Of a DNA stretch of 64,000 nt, positions 11,932-23,900 are shown piece after piece. Position 1 is the stretch's first letter, and every line of letters starts with the position of its first letter. The notes under the pieces were generated by a model, which was not told the origin of the DNA, searched no databases, and saw only the letters and a list, made by a program, of their open reading frames with translations. A program made the translations under genes and the position numbers. This DNA is from Antedon mediterranea (taxonomy: Eukaryota > Animalia > Echinodermata), in NCBI RefSeq assembly GCF_964355755.1, contig NC_092675.1, positions 4,955,812 to 5,019,811 on the forward strand, read 5' to 3'.

Positions 11932-14900
11932 ATGGACTACTCTCGTTTCAGGCTTGCAGCCATGTCAGCAACAGGTCGGTACGATTCGGTGAAATTGTTG
12001 ACGCTTGTGATTATATGCCTGAGCATTGTTTCAAGATGTAATTGTGGTCTGCAGACAGTCCATGTTACCAGACGATGTTGGTAAGTGTCTTGAATGTAAC
12101 AGAGGCAATGTGATCTTAAGCTCTGTCTACACTATCAAACTAGTTTGATAAAAATTGTGTGCCCAAATATGGAAGTGATATGCACAAACATGGTAGTGAT
12201 ATGACATGACCATGTCCATATATGGGCACATCACATTTTTTTGTCACAACATCAAGTTTATAGTGTAGACAAGGCTTTAGGGAATATGGAAATATACATT
12301 GTTTGTCAATTGAATTTTGTCTATAGTATGTTTGATTAAACACTCAAATTATGTCAATATTTTCTTCTCATACCTAATATGCCTATAATACTGCATGGCT
12401 ATATCAAGAATGAATCTCGCAATTAACGCATGTTATCATTTAGAAAATAGAATATTGTACCTTAAGCTGAATCTGGAGATGCATAGACCCACCTCGAGAT
12501 TGCACTGTTCATTTTGACCCAACTTTTCTCAATTTAATGTTTTGTCTCAAATACCTATACTGTAGTACATATCTTCTTCAAATGCCATTATGTTTTACTG
12601 TGCATTCTGTTAATTGTCGAATGTTCTGATACCATTATTATTTTAATAAATCACCTTCACCAGTGTAATACAGTACAAGGATTAAAAACTGCCAGCAAGT
12701 TCTACTTGAATTGTGTTTACGGTCATAGATTCTTAGGACCGGAAACGTTTTGTGACCTATCCCTATATCTTTCCTGAATAACTTATGCACATCGTACAAA
12801 GATTTGTCAATAGTATTACTATTCTACCATATTTTAAGAAAATTATATGTAGATAATTACTCTGAAGTAAATAAAAATACTATCTATTATCCGGGAATTA
12901 ATGCAATCAATCACCCGGTTGGCTTTTCACAGATAACAATATCTAAGGAAATCCTTACAAGTCATTTTGCATTATGTGTTTGTTTTCAAGGACGAAGTAA
13001 TGATCTTAATAACATAATGTAGGAGATAAACTCTAAATTCATAATCACAAACAAGTTCCTGGTATATTTAATATTTTCTTTCCAAACACCTAATTTATGA
13101 ACAATGAACATGGATTAACTTTTGACAAATATTGTTTTCTTTAATTGAATCGTTCATATAAATTTAAATTGTAATATTTAGGCTACTGTCATGTTATAAT
13201 TATTTCGTACTGAAATAAAATTCGATTCTTTAAACATAAATAATTTGTTTTCTGTTTATACAGGTCCGATGTACAAAATCCAGTGACAAACCTTAATGGA
13301 CAGAATACAACATGTTTTTCCAAAAACACAAACGGTAAACTATTCCTATTACACGCTTTGTGTGGTATAATTAGCATCATCATTATCTTGTGATTAATTA
13401 ATAATTACTTAATGATTAATTAAATGTACTTCAACTATACCGTAGTTTATTATACGACTAACACTCTATCGAATATCATTTAATTTAATGATTACAAATA
13501 ATATTAGTCATACCGAACTATTAGGCCTACCAATAATATCCGCCTGACCTTAACGAAAAAACCGGTGGTATGAATGTTGAATATGTGCGACATGACAGGG
13601 GCGGCGGTATTCATTGAATAATTTCGATTTCTATTTGTGTTACGGTAATACTTTCAATTTCACGAGTCAACTACAATTTCCTACACTGTTACGAACACCG
13701 CCCCAACTGGATACTGTTTCGACAAGCTAAATTGTCTATACTTATTTCATTATTTTTTTCAGAGGCAATTTGTTATAAAATAAAAAATTATACCATTCAA
13801 GAATGTGAACCACCATGGAAACTAGTGGCATTCAAAGATCCTATTGAGATAGATCATCTTGCAATGACGTTGTTTAATGGAACTGATTTAAACATCGGTT
13901 TAAACATTGTTACTTCTGAAAAAGTGTTTAGAAACTTTAACTTACTTACTGAAAATAACGATTGTACGGCTTTTAAACCGTTCAATAATGCAATCAGTGT
14001 CAATTTGTGTGCATTTGTTATAGCGCGGACAAATACCGATTACTACGAGGTACACTTTCATAACACGTCTAAAGGCTGCAGTGAGCATGTTAGCACTTAT
14101 TATTATGCGTGTTCAAAAACGGTCAGAATAGGTAAGTTTTAATATTGTTTTAACTACCTCGATAAATTACTATTGTCGGTTAGGAACTACAGCAAATTTA
14201 ATATTAGAAGGTTTTTTTTTAATTGAGCGATTCTGCCTTAAAATAATGTATTCGTAGATTTATAAAAGAAGATATTTTATGCTGAATATGGTCAGGGTAA
14301 GGCTTGATCGTGATCTTTAAACGATCGGAAAATCGAAATGGAAATTTACCAACGTAAATTTTCTTAAGTTATTAGATGTTATACACAAAAATTAACATCA
14401 AACTCTCAACAAAGATGAAATATTAAAGATAAACTTCTCTTGTAATAAATGTAGTCAACGCATCCCAAGAGTCTGCGTCATCGCCGACAAATGAGACCAT
14501 CATCTCGCCGACATCAATGGTTACTCCAACAGCAGGAATTGATATGCTGATCATCATTGTCATTATAGCTGCTGGGGCAATCAATGTACTAATCATTCTT
14601 GTAATTACAACGTGTTGCTGTTACTATAAACAAAAGGTTTGTCTTACTTTTGTCTGAATTTATTTGTATATTATAACTATATTTCACGATTAGACACTTG
14701 AAATAAAAGTAAGTAGGCTATACATGGCCCTGTATATAGTGATAATGCACTTTCGCGCTTACACAATCTAAAAACATTTTCGCTGCGCGGCGGTGATGTT
14801 GAGTGACCGTGAAACCTTTTAGGTGCGAAAGCGCCGATCGTGTCCCGGTTTTCGCCAGCCCTGGTATGATAATTCAGTAGCCATTATCTGATTTGCTATC

Positions 14901-17380
14901 AATTTAGATGTTTTTTCTAAAAAAGAATACATTCAACTTACAACTTATACGGGAATGTTCCGATAGCTGCTGTTCTGGTGAAACTTGCTTCCTTCCGAAG
15001 CAAATGTTCATAAAACCTGTAGAATAGCAAGCGATGAGACCACAGCTGATATTTGAGTATTCAAATAGAAATGAACCTCAACGGGAACGTTGAAATAATT
15101 GACATAACAATGGTTGTTACGTAATGGAGCTCAATAGAGAAAGAACGTTCGCTAATGAAAAGAAAATTCTAGATGAAGGTGTTCTCATCTATTTCTCAGT
15201 ATTTTATTATTTTTTCTGTTTAGATTAGCTATACGGAAAAGTCACTGGTAGGCTATAGTTTTAGGTCCACATGAACACACTGCACACGAATTTCCGACTA
15301 CTATACCAATTAAAACCCCACAGTATCAGAGGAATGAGCAATCCATGGATATGTAGAAAGACTAAAGAAAACTTTATGATATAATATTAGTATAGGCCTA
15401 TAAACACTTTCTAGGAAAAAACCACCATGCTAAATCGCAAACAAATCTTATCTTTAAAGAAACAGCCGTCAACCATTCGTTGCAAGCAAGATCTATTTTT
15501 GCCAAAATGTAAAAACAGATTTATTATTCTATATCACGACGTATGCGTGCAATACACCATGGAAACCATATATAAAAGACCAATTTACACAGAAGACCAG
15601 TCGGTAATGGTAAGCGGAAAACCGCGTAGCTGGTACCCTGTCACTATCCTTATACAAACAATCAGTCACGTCGTAGTTGTTTCTGAATAATAAGAAAACT
15701 AGGCCAACTACGGCACTCGTATCAATTTAATTATTTTCCCGAAATCGAATCTGTTTTTATTGTAAGCGCATTTCGGCTAAATCGTTGTTGTAAGTGACGT
15801 CACATCCAAACAATTACATTTTAAATGGGGCTAAACAGATAAAGAAACAAAATGCCGGCGTACATTTAATATTGAATAATCAGTGATAGGTTATCTCCCC
15901 CACTTTAATTTGTATCTCCAGGTATTGTGTCTGACATGAGATACAGGGAATGTTCATGAATTTATATAAGGAAGTACATTTGGTGTTCTGGTATTTGATT
16001 TCTTTGATTACTACGCATGCGTTGCCTGAAGCGATTTCTCCGGTCCAGCTTACAGGGAATTGAAAATCAAGGATTCGTTAAACCAGGGAGTTGTAAATTA
16101 TTTTAAAACTCCCTGGTTAAACGTTGAAGATACTATTATATTTCGTAATCACAATGACAGTTGTGTAGTCGTCTGACTGGTTGATGATTTCCTAAAATGT
16201 CAATAATAAACATGTTTATTTCCTTTTCTTTCAGTATCACAAAAAGTCTTTATTGATCAGTGGTTCAATGAAATATACAAGTAAGAAAATACTTCCGTTG
16301 CTCATATTCATAGTGTGTATTGTATTTCAAATGCACATAAACAACTTTGAAAGACCAGGCATATGTCGAAATTATTTATTCCAACATTTCCAAAGCTTTT
16401 TATAACTATTCAAATTACACAAATGTATTTATCAAAAAGGGAAATGTTAACGTTGTATCGAAATAACGTGAATTATATCCTTTTTGAAGGTTTCGAGGTC
16501 GTGCATCAGCCGACAACTCACACTTGACCTTGTATTTATTGTTTTGTTTTCCAATGTATTTCCAAATTATATTTTAAAATGGAGTCGACAGTAACGTTAT
16601 TATTGTTTTTTTTTTGCAGATCGTTCGCTTCCAACACCAGCACCAGAAGCCACTTACAAACCCAGTCTGAGTGAATGCGGCGAATACGCTTACCCTACAC
16701 TGCCAACTTTCCTAAGTAGGCCTAGTAATAAACAACCCGATCAAGATGAGAGCTCTGCATACATGTTATCAAATGCACCTCTAGAAAGAATGGACGACGA
16801 TTGCGAATACATGGGTCTGGGGGAGACTGTCAATGAACACCGTCAGAAATCGATCTTAACAGTAAAACGACGTAAACATCAACAAAGACAGAATCGTAAT
16901 GTATCTTCCTATTTAGAAGTTGAAGACGTATCTGAAACCAATAATTTGAATCCCCAAGGTCCCATAGCACACACATATGCCGATCTAGACAGCACCACAC
17001 AGTGTAATAGCCATGAAGTTGGCGCAACAACACATCATACCACAAATCAGAAACAGGAGAGTAATTGTTACATGGATCTTGATGACGCTGCTCGCACACC
17101 GAACAGGCATATGGATGTATCTGTATACAAAGATCTCCATGGTCATATCATTCCATCAGGCTGCAACAGAAAAGGATGTCAAGAATGTAAATCGGCTCGT
17201 ATGAATCAGACAACAAAGCATTCATCATTTAACCATGATAAATCTACGGAATCGCCATTATACCAAGAGGTCGAACAACCAGTCTTTTATATGGCTGTCG
17301 AAGGGAAGAGTAAAGCCTCTTGTGAAATTGGCCATATGGCGAAGTGCTTTGACGACAATACGTATTCGTTTTTAACATAA
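11932..17380 (+). CDS. Receptor B: type I membrane protein with one divergent C-type-lectin-like module, TM and a Tyr-motif-rich tail (~525 aa)
   Basis: Exons 11932-12080, 13264-13334, 13763-14131, 14455-14636, 16235-16280, 16620-17380 (1578 nt, in frame). Hydrophobic leader KLLTLVIICLSIVSRCNC. Domain CYKI..QECEPPWKLVAFKDPIEIDHL..LNIGL..C..C..C..YAC. TM MLIIIVIIAAGAINVLIILVITTCCCYY. Tail motifs YAYP, YMGL, SSYLEV, YADL, YMDL, SVYKDL, YQEV, YMAV, YSFL. Confidence 0.85.
12118..12278. mobile_element. PIF/Harbinger-like MITE, family copy 2
   Basis: AAGCTCTGTCTACACTATCAAACT...ATAGTGTAGACAAGGCTT. The interior is the reverse complement of the 9077 copy. Confidence 0.7.
16084..16115. mobile_element. 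32-bp hairpin with 7-bp TSD (P-element-like footprint or mini-element)
   Basis: GTTAAAC|CAGGGAGTTGTAAATTATTTTAAAACTCCCTG|GTTAAAC. Confidence 0.6.
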
Positions 17381-19151
17381 AATTAGTTTACAGATCGTAC
17401 CATAAATAACCATGTTCATGACATGACATTTTCCCCTCTTAACATCATGCGACATGGCAGACGCAATGATGATACTAAAAGTGAGTACGAGCGCTAGGTA
17501 TAAGGAATCTTGTGTTTATTGGCGAATGGTTGGCATATTTTGTCGTCCAGGGTTGGCATTTATCAATATTAATTTATTTTGATTTTGACTTAAGCTGAAA
17601 TATTTAAGAAGTGCTTAAGCAAATACATTTTAATTTGCGCATGCGTAAAATTAAACTCCAGAGGGCAGCAAATTATTTCTTAAGACGAAAAATCCTTGCT
17701 TACGCGTGCGCATTAGCTTTTTTTAAATCCCTACAAAAGGTGGCGCATTCTGGTTGTTATGCTTTTATTACTTGGAATAGAAAAAGAGCACAACAGTCGG
17801 AAATACATACGAAAATCATTCGCTCTAAACTTAAATCAAATCAACAATTTTATACAAAATTAAGCAAATATTTTTTTGTATAGGCCTATAAATACATCTG
17901 ACCAGGGAAGCCCTGATGGTGATTTTGTTGCTAAGCAAGTTTGATAAATCCGGCCCCAGTATCTATTATGACAACCTGCAATTATATTTTTCTTTTACTT
18001 TATTATTGCAATGCTATTGTTAAGTTAAACTGTAAAATAGACCTATATTTGAGGCCTCATATATAGTTTAATTTCAAATGAATGCCAGTGAAAGTAATTG
18101 TATCATAATTATAACGATTTATATTTAACACCATTCGATGTATTTAACATGAATTATATGGATAAAAACAAAACATTTTTTTGGTAAAAATTGAAATGAT
18201 CTAGACTATGTTAGTTCGTTTGTTATGTGCAGATCTGTTAGACTACGTCATCCTTTGACAAAAACAGGTTTAACAACTCCTTTATTCCCTTCTCAATTTG
18301 TCTCTCTTTAACAAACAATTTGTAAGATAATTACTGTAATTACTTTTAATGAACTGTACATAGGCCTACAATGTATTTGACTTATATCGAATTGTATTGA
18401 TGTTTTAACATGGTCTTTTTATTACGAATGTAACGGGGAACTGAGTCTCACATTTTATAATTATTATGTGACAATAACGTATATCTATGTCTATGTCTAT
18501 GTTTTTACACCAAGACAATTTTAGAAGCGGTATATAAAGATATGTGATATTAGATTAGATTTATTCTACAATAAATGAAAATCCAGCTTGAAGATAACAA
18601 CGATGTATTTATTTAGGAAGAGAAGCAGTATGTATATACATTTTCTTTGCTGTGAAAAAAAGTAATTGAAGTATACGAAAGTTATACCAGAAAATTACAA
18701 TATCATAGGCCTATATTTCGATATTCGATAGGCCTATATTTCGCGACCCCATGATCCTATTTTGGGAATTTTTGCGACCCATCATTGCGTATTTGATCTT
18801 AAAGAAACACTCCCCTACCCATCGGCATCATCTTTACAATGTTTTACATTTGTTCCTAATTGGCTGACACTTGTATTTGTGTTCTCAAAATTGAGGGCGC
18901 TAAGAATAAAATTTAGGAGATTGAATCCACAGAAAAAAAACACTGACTGAACCAAAAGTTAAGTGACCCATTCATAGTCCTTTCCCTACATCTGGTAATG
19001 TCGTGGAAACGACCTCAATGCTGTGGCAGAGACAATGTGTCGTTTCCACGGCATCACCAGATGCATTGACTTGCTTGTGTGGTGGAACGGGGGACGTATT
19101 ATTTTGTGAACCCCAAACACAGTAGCATATAGCTTTAACTCGTTTCCACCA

Positions 19152-19223
19152 CGACCAGCATGGGGTTCGAACCCATGACATCCGCGTTGTTAACACGACG
19201 CTACTCACCTGAGCTAACCGATC
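19152..19223 (-). pseudogene. tRNA-Ile(AAT)-derived pseudo-tRNA or SINE head
   Basis: Minus strand GATCGGTTAGCTCAGGTGAGTAGCGTCGTGTTAACAACGCGGATGTCATGGGTTCGAACCCCATGCTGGTCG resembles eukaryotic tRNA-Ile, with a degenerate D-loop and anticodon reading AAC. GC-richer sequence continues to ~18960. Confidence 0.6.
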
Positions 19224-19859
19224 ATGTTGGATAATGAACAGGTTAATATCAGCTTTGACGGTCATGAATATATTTATGACGTAAAGATGAATTACATAAT
19301 ATGAAGTACGTATACATTGTCAGCTGCTCAGTCATGTACTTTGTGGCGTCACGGGTAATGCTCTAGCTTGGTTTCGAAACTCTGAAAGTTTTGTTTTTTT
19401 AATGAAATAAATATTGTTTTTATTTTATTTTGAAAGATATTGAGACAGTTCAGTTAATTTAGGAAATAGGTAAGCTATTTTTGCGATTTCACGGTCATAT
19501 TAATACATTAGACATGATGCATACATAATCACTATCGTTATAGTAATCTCTATTAATGGGGCCATAGGCATTTTGCCACCCGCATCCTGTTGCCAGCACA
19601 TCAAAAATGCACAATTTGTTAAATGACATCCCTAGCTGGAAATGGTACTTTCGCACGTAAAAATGATGATAAATGGCACCCGCTAGTTGGCCGGAAACGA
19701 CACTCTAATAATAGCGCGCTCGCAATTGGCAAAACGCTCGTAGCCAGCTACTTTTTCCGCCGGTAAACACAATTGAATTCAATGCTAACGTCAAGGGGTT
19801 CTCCCGAACCATAAAGGTCTGAACTATGGAACGCCTCCTCTGCCTTCAGTTCACATTTA

Positions 19860-20131
19860 TCATGCAGTACACACCAATGGTCATGCAGTACACACCAATG
19901 GTCATGCAGTACACACCAATGGTCATGCAGTACACACCAATGGTCATGCAGTACACACCAATCGTCATGCAGTACACACCAATCGTCATGCAGTACATCA
20001 TGCAGTACACACCAATCGTCATGCAGTACACACCAATGGTCATGCAGTACACACCAATGGTCATGCAGTACACACCAATCGTCATGCAGTACACACCAAT
20101 CGTCATGCAGTACACACCAATCGTCATGCAG
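19860..20131. repeat. 21-bp minisatellite, ~13 copies
   Basis: Unit TCATGCAGTACACACCAAT(G/C)G with one truncated copy near 19990. Confidence 0.95.
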
Positions 20132-20964
20132 TCAAATATTGCGTAATTTATACCGCCATCTATCGACAAAATTGAATATCACGTGACTTTTATTAGACGG
20201 CTGTAAAACTAAGGCTATATACAAACTTTATACTACGTTCTAAAAGGGGATTCACCACTTGTATATTACCAACAAACTATGCGTCAACAGTGTCCATTGC
20301 CCCGTCGTTGCTTCCCAATTTGTGTGTTACGCTACGGACTCGTCGCACGTCAACATAGGGAAAAACTGTAGATGTAAAATATAATCAGTGTTGTAGATTC
20401 TACACAACTGAGAACATTTCACATATAAATCAGTGTATAAAAAGTTTCAGTATCGGGAATAATCTCGTGACCCATACATTTTTTTCGCGACCCATAAATT
20501 GGGTCACGACACATAGGTTGCGGAACGGCGCTACGACAAGTCGCATAGGCACTTCGTGTTTATCTTGCGCCGTATAATACACATATTATACGAAAAAACC
20601 TCATCTTCAGACTGCAACAGACGGACTTACTAACTATTTTACCGTGACTCGTGATTGTTTTCATGATAGCCCAACTATCAATATGCAGGTTTAATAATTC
20701 AGGAGAAACGCAAGGAAGTAAATTCCGGAAGTACTTCCAATACCATGTATATAGTGATACGCCGGCTGTGACGACGATCGCTTTATGAACTTGATTTCGT
20801 TTACTGATCTCGCCAACCAATCGCATCTATTGAGAGATTCGTGGTATCATCCCGGACATTTTTAGATCAGTTCTACATGAATTATAATACATTTGGCTAT
20901 TTACACGGAAATTACACTGTCTAACAAGCGTGTGCTAAAATCGCAAGTGTAATAACAGGATAAA

Positions 20965-23900
20965 ATGCTACTTGTGTTAATTTTCCACGCGTTAGTTGCG
21001 TCTAAAACGGTTGTTTCACAAACACCTAACGTGACTACTACGGGGACTACTACGACAAACATAATAACAGAAAGCGTCAAGATTGTCAATAGCTGCAATG
21101 TCGGCACGTAAGTTATTTAAATACAATTATATTTTAGGCATATTATAAAGCGATGGCACCAGATTACTGATAGCCATAGATTATAAATCAACAAACACGT
21201 TCCCGCCTGTTTACACTATCACTTTCATCACTTTGTTTAGTATGTGCTAGGCGAATCGTTACATGGCCGACAGAGGATATGCTGTTATTTATTAAATACA
21301 TAGGACTAGAATTATTTAAAATATGATTGAAAAAAAATATCTGAAACGAGATGATATGAGTGTTATCGTGACTCTTTGTATTTTATAAAGCAAAATCAAT
21401 TTAATACTAATAATGATAGGCCTGATAAATACCGACATTTAATATTGGAATGAAGTGCTGAACTTATGATTTATCTTTTGTATTGTTTTTGCCAAATTGT
21501 AAGGGAAGGAACAAGTCGAACCCAACCCTTAATGCGTCCACCTATTCATTAAATAAATGTTTCGTCGATCAAGCCTAGCCATATGGTGAAATAGATTTAT
21601 GATAGAAATAAATGCTGGTATTGATATATTACTTTAAACAAATAATAAAAGCCATTCCTGTTTCCTGATGACGATTATGTATAGACTGTTACGAGTCTTT
21701 AATAGTATTAATAAGCATGATAACAAGGTATTCAGCCATATTGATATAGATGTAATATGAACAATGACATAATGGAGAGATTATTAATTTATATGATGAG
21801 AGTAGTGTATCCAGTAGTGGGATACTGGATACTAAACACCACCTCTACCACTACCTGGATGCTAAACACCACCTATACCACTACCTGGATGCTAAATACC
21901 ACCTCTACCATCACCTGGATACTAAACGCCACCTCTACCCCTACCTAGATGCTAAATACCACGTATACCACTACATGGATGCTAAATACCATCTCTACCC
22001 CTAACTGGATGCTAAATACCACCTCTACCACTACCTGGATACTAAACACCACATATACCACTACCTGGATACTAAATACCACCTCTGTCACCACCACCAC
22101 CTGGATGCTAAACACCACCTCTACCACTACCTGGATGCTAAATACCACCTCTATCACCACCTGGATACTAAACGCCACCTCTACCCCTACCTGGATGCTA
22201 AATACCACCTCTACCCCTACCTGGATGCTAAATACCACCTCTACCACCACCTGGATGCTAAACACCACCTCTACCCTTACCTGGATGCTAAATACCACCT
22301 CTACCACCACCTGGATACTAAACACCACCTCTACCACTACCTGGATGCTAAACACCACCTCTACCACTACCTGGATGCTAAATACCACCTCTGCCACCAC
22401 CACCACCACCACCTGGATGCTAAACACCACCTCTACTACTACCACCTGGATGCAAAGCACCACCTCTACCACTACCTGGATGCTAAGCACCACCTCTATC
22501 ACTATATCTGGATGCAAGCACCACCTCTACCACTACCTGGATGCTAAACACACTCTACCACTACCATGATGCTAAACACCACCTCTACCACCACCTGGAT
22601 GCTAAACACCACCCCTACCACTACCTGAATGCTAAACACTACTACTACCTGGATGCTAAACACCACTCCTACCACTACTTGCCCTAATAAAATCAGCATA
22701 TACTAGAAATATATGTTGCCATATTTCTAACACTTGTTCGTTGGCTGCGTAACAACAGAACTACAAAATGCTAATGCGAAATGTTAAAATGAATCAAATT
22801 AGATAATCTACAAAGTAAGAGAGGAATGTTTAATAGTAGCAATGAAAATGTATGTTGATTATCAGTTATAGAAATTAAAAATACTAAGTCATACCGTAAG
22901 ACAGAAATTTGTTTTGAAAACTGGTATTAGACCAGGAGCCCAGAGGGGTCAACCTAGCTGGAAAGTTAACCAATTTCTATGCATGTGGCAATTATCTACG
23001 TACATATCAATGTATGGAAATGACAGTCTGGCGCGTTTCTTTTGGTGGGTGTGGCTAGGAGGGACACTGTAAAGGGTAAAAAAAATGAGCTAGATCAGCT
23101 GAAAAGTTAACCCCATGAAATATTTTGCAAATTGTTTGACATAGAATGAAATATAAGGAATGGCTATTGCCAGACGATTTTAGTGGTGGGGGGTGCCTGC
23201 CAGACCCCCATTTCTGGAGGGCCAAAAATGAGCTAGATCAGCTTAAAAGTTAACCCTCTAAAACTGGTGGGAAAATGTTCAATAAACTCATAACTATCAT
23301 GAATGACCATTGCCAGACATTTTCAGTGGTGGATTGTACCCGCCAGACCCCGTCAAACACCCCACCCACAAAAAATTGAGCTAGATCAGCTGAAAAGTTA
23401 ACCCCATGAAATATTTTGCAAATTGTTTGACATAGAGTGAAATATAATGAATGGACATTGCCAGACGATTTTAGTGGTGGGGGGTGCCTGCCAGACCCCC
23501 ATTTCTGGAGGGCCAAAAATGAACTAGATCAGCTTAAAAGTTAACCCTCTAAAACTGGTGGGAAAATGTTCAATGTACTCATAACTATTATGAATGACCA
23601 TTGCCAGACATTTTCAGTGGTGGATTGTGCCCGCCAGATCCCGTCAAACACCCTCACTCCCAAAAATGAGCTAGATCAGCTGAAAAGCTAACCTTTTAAA
23701 ACATGCTGTAGAATGTTCAGCATGATCCCTAGTATAATAAATGACCATTGCCAGACATTTTAAGTGGTGGGTTGTGTCAACCAGGCCCCCTCAAACACCC
23801 AACCCCCAAAAATGACCCAGATTAGGCCAAGGGTTAACCACTGTAAAACTGGTGGGAAAATGTGTAGTATACTGTCAAGGATATGAATTGTCATTACCAG

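Noticed and set aside
19826-20169. Repetitive ORFs (MQYTPMV)n and (MTIGVYC)n; possible CRISPR-like array
   Set aside because: These are read-throughs of a 21-bp minisatellite. Units are contiguous with no unique spacers, and there are no cas genes in this eukaryotic DNA.
21945-22569. 190-206 aa ORFs on both strands
   Set aside because: They arise from a 27-bp minisatellite lacking stops in some frames, with no convincing splice sites.
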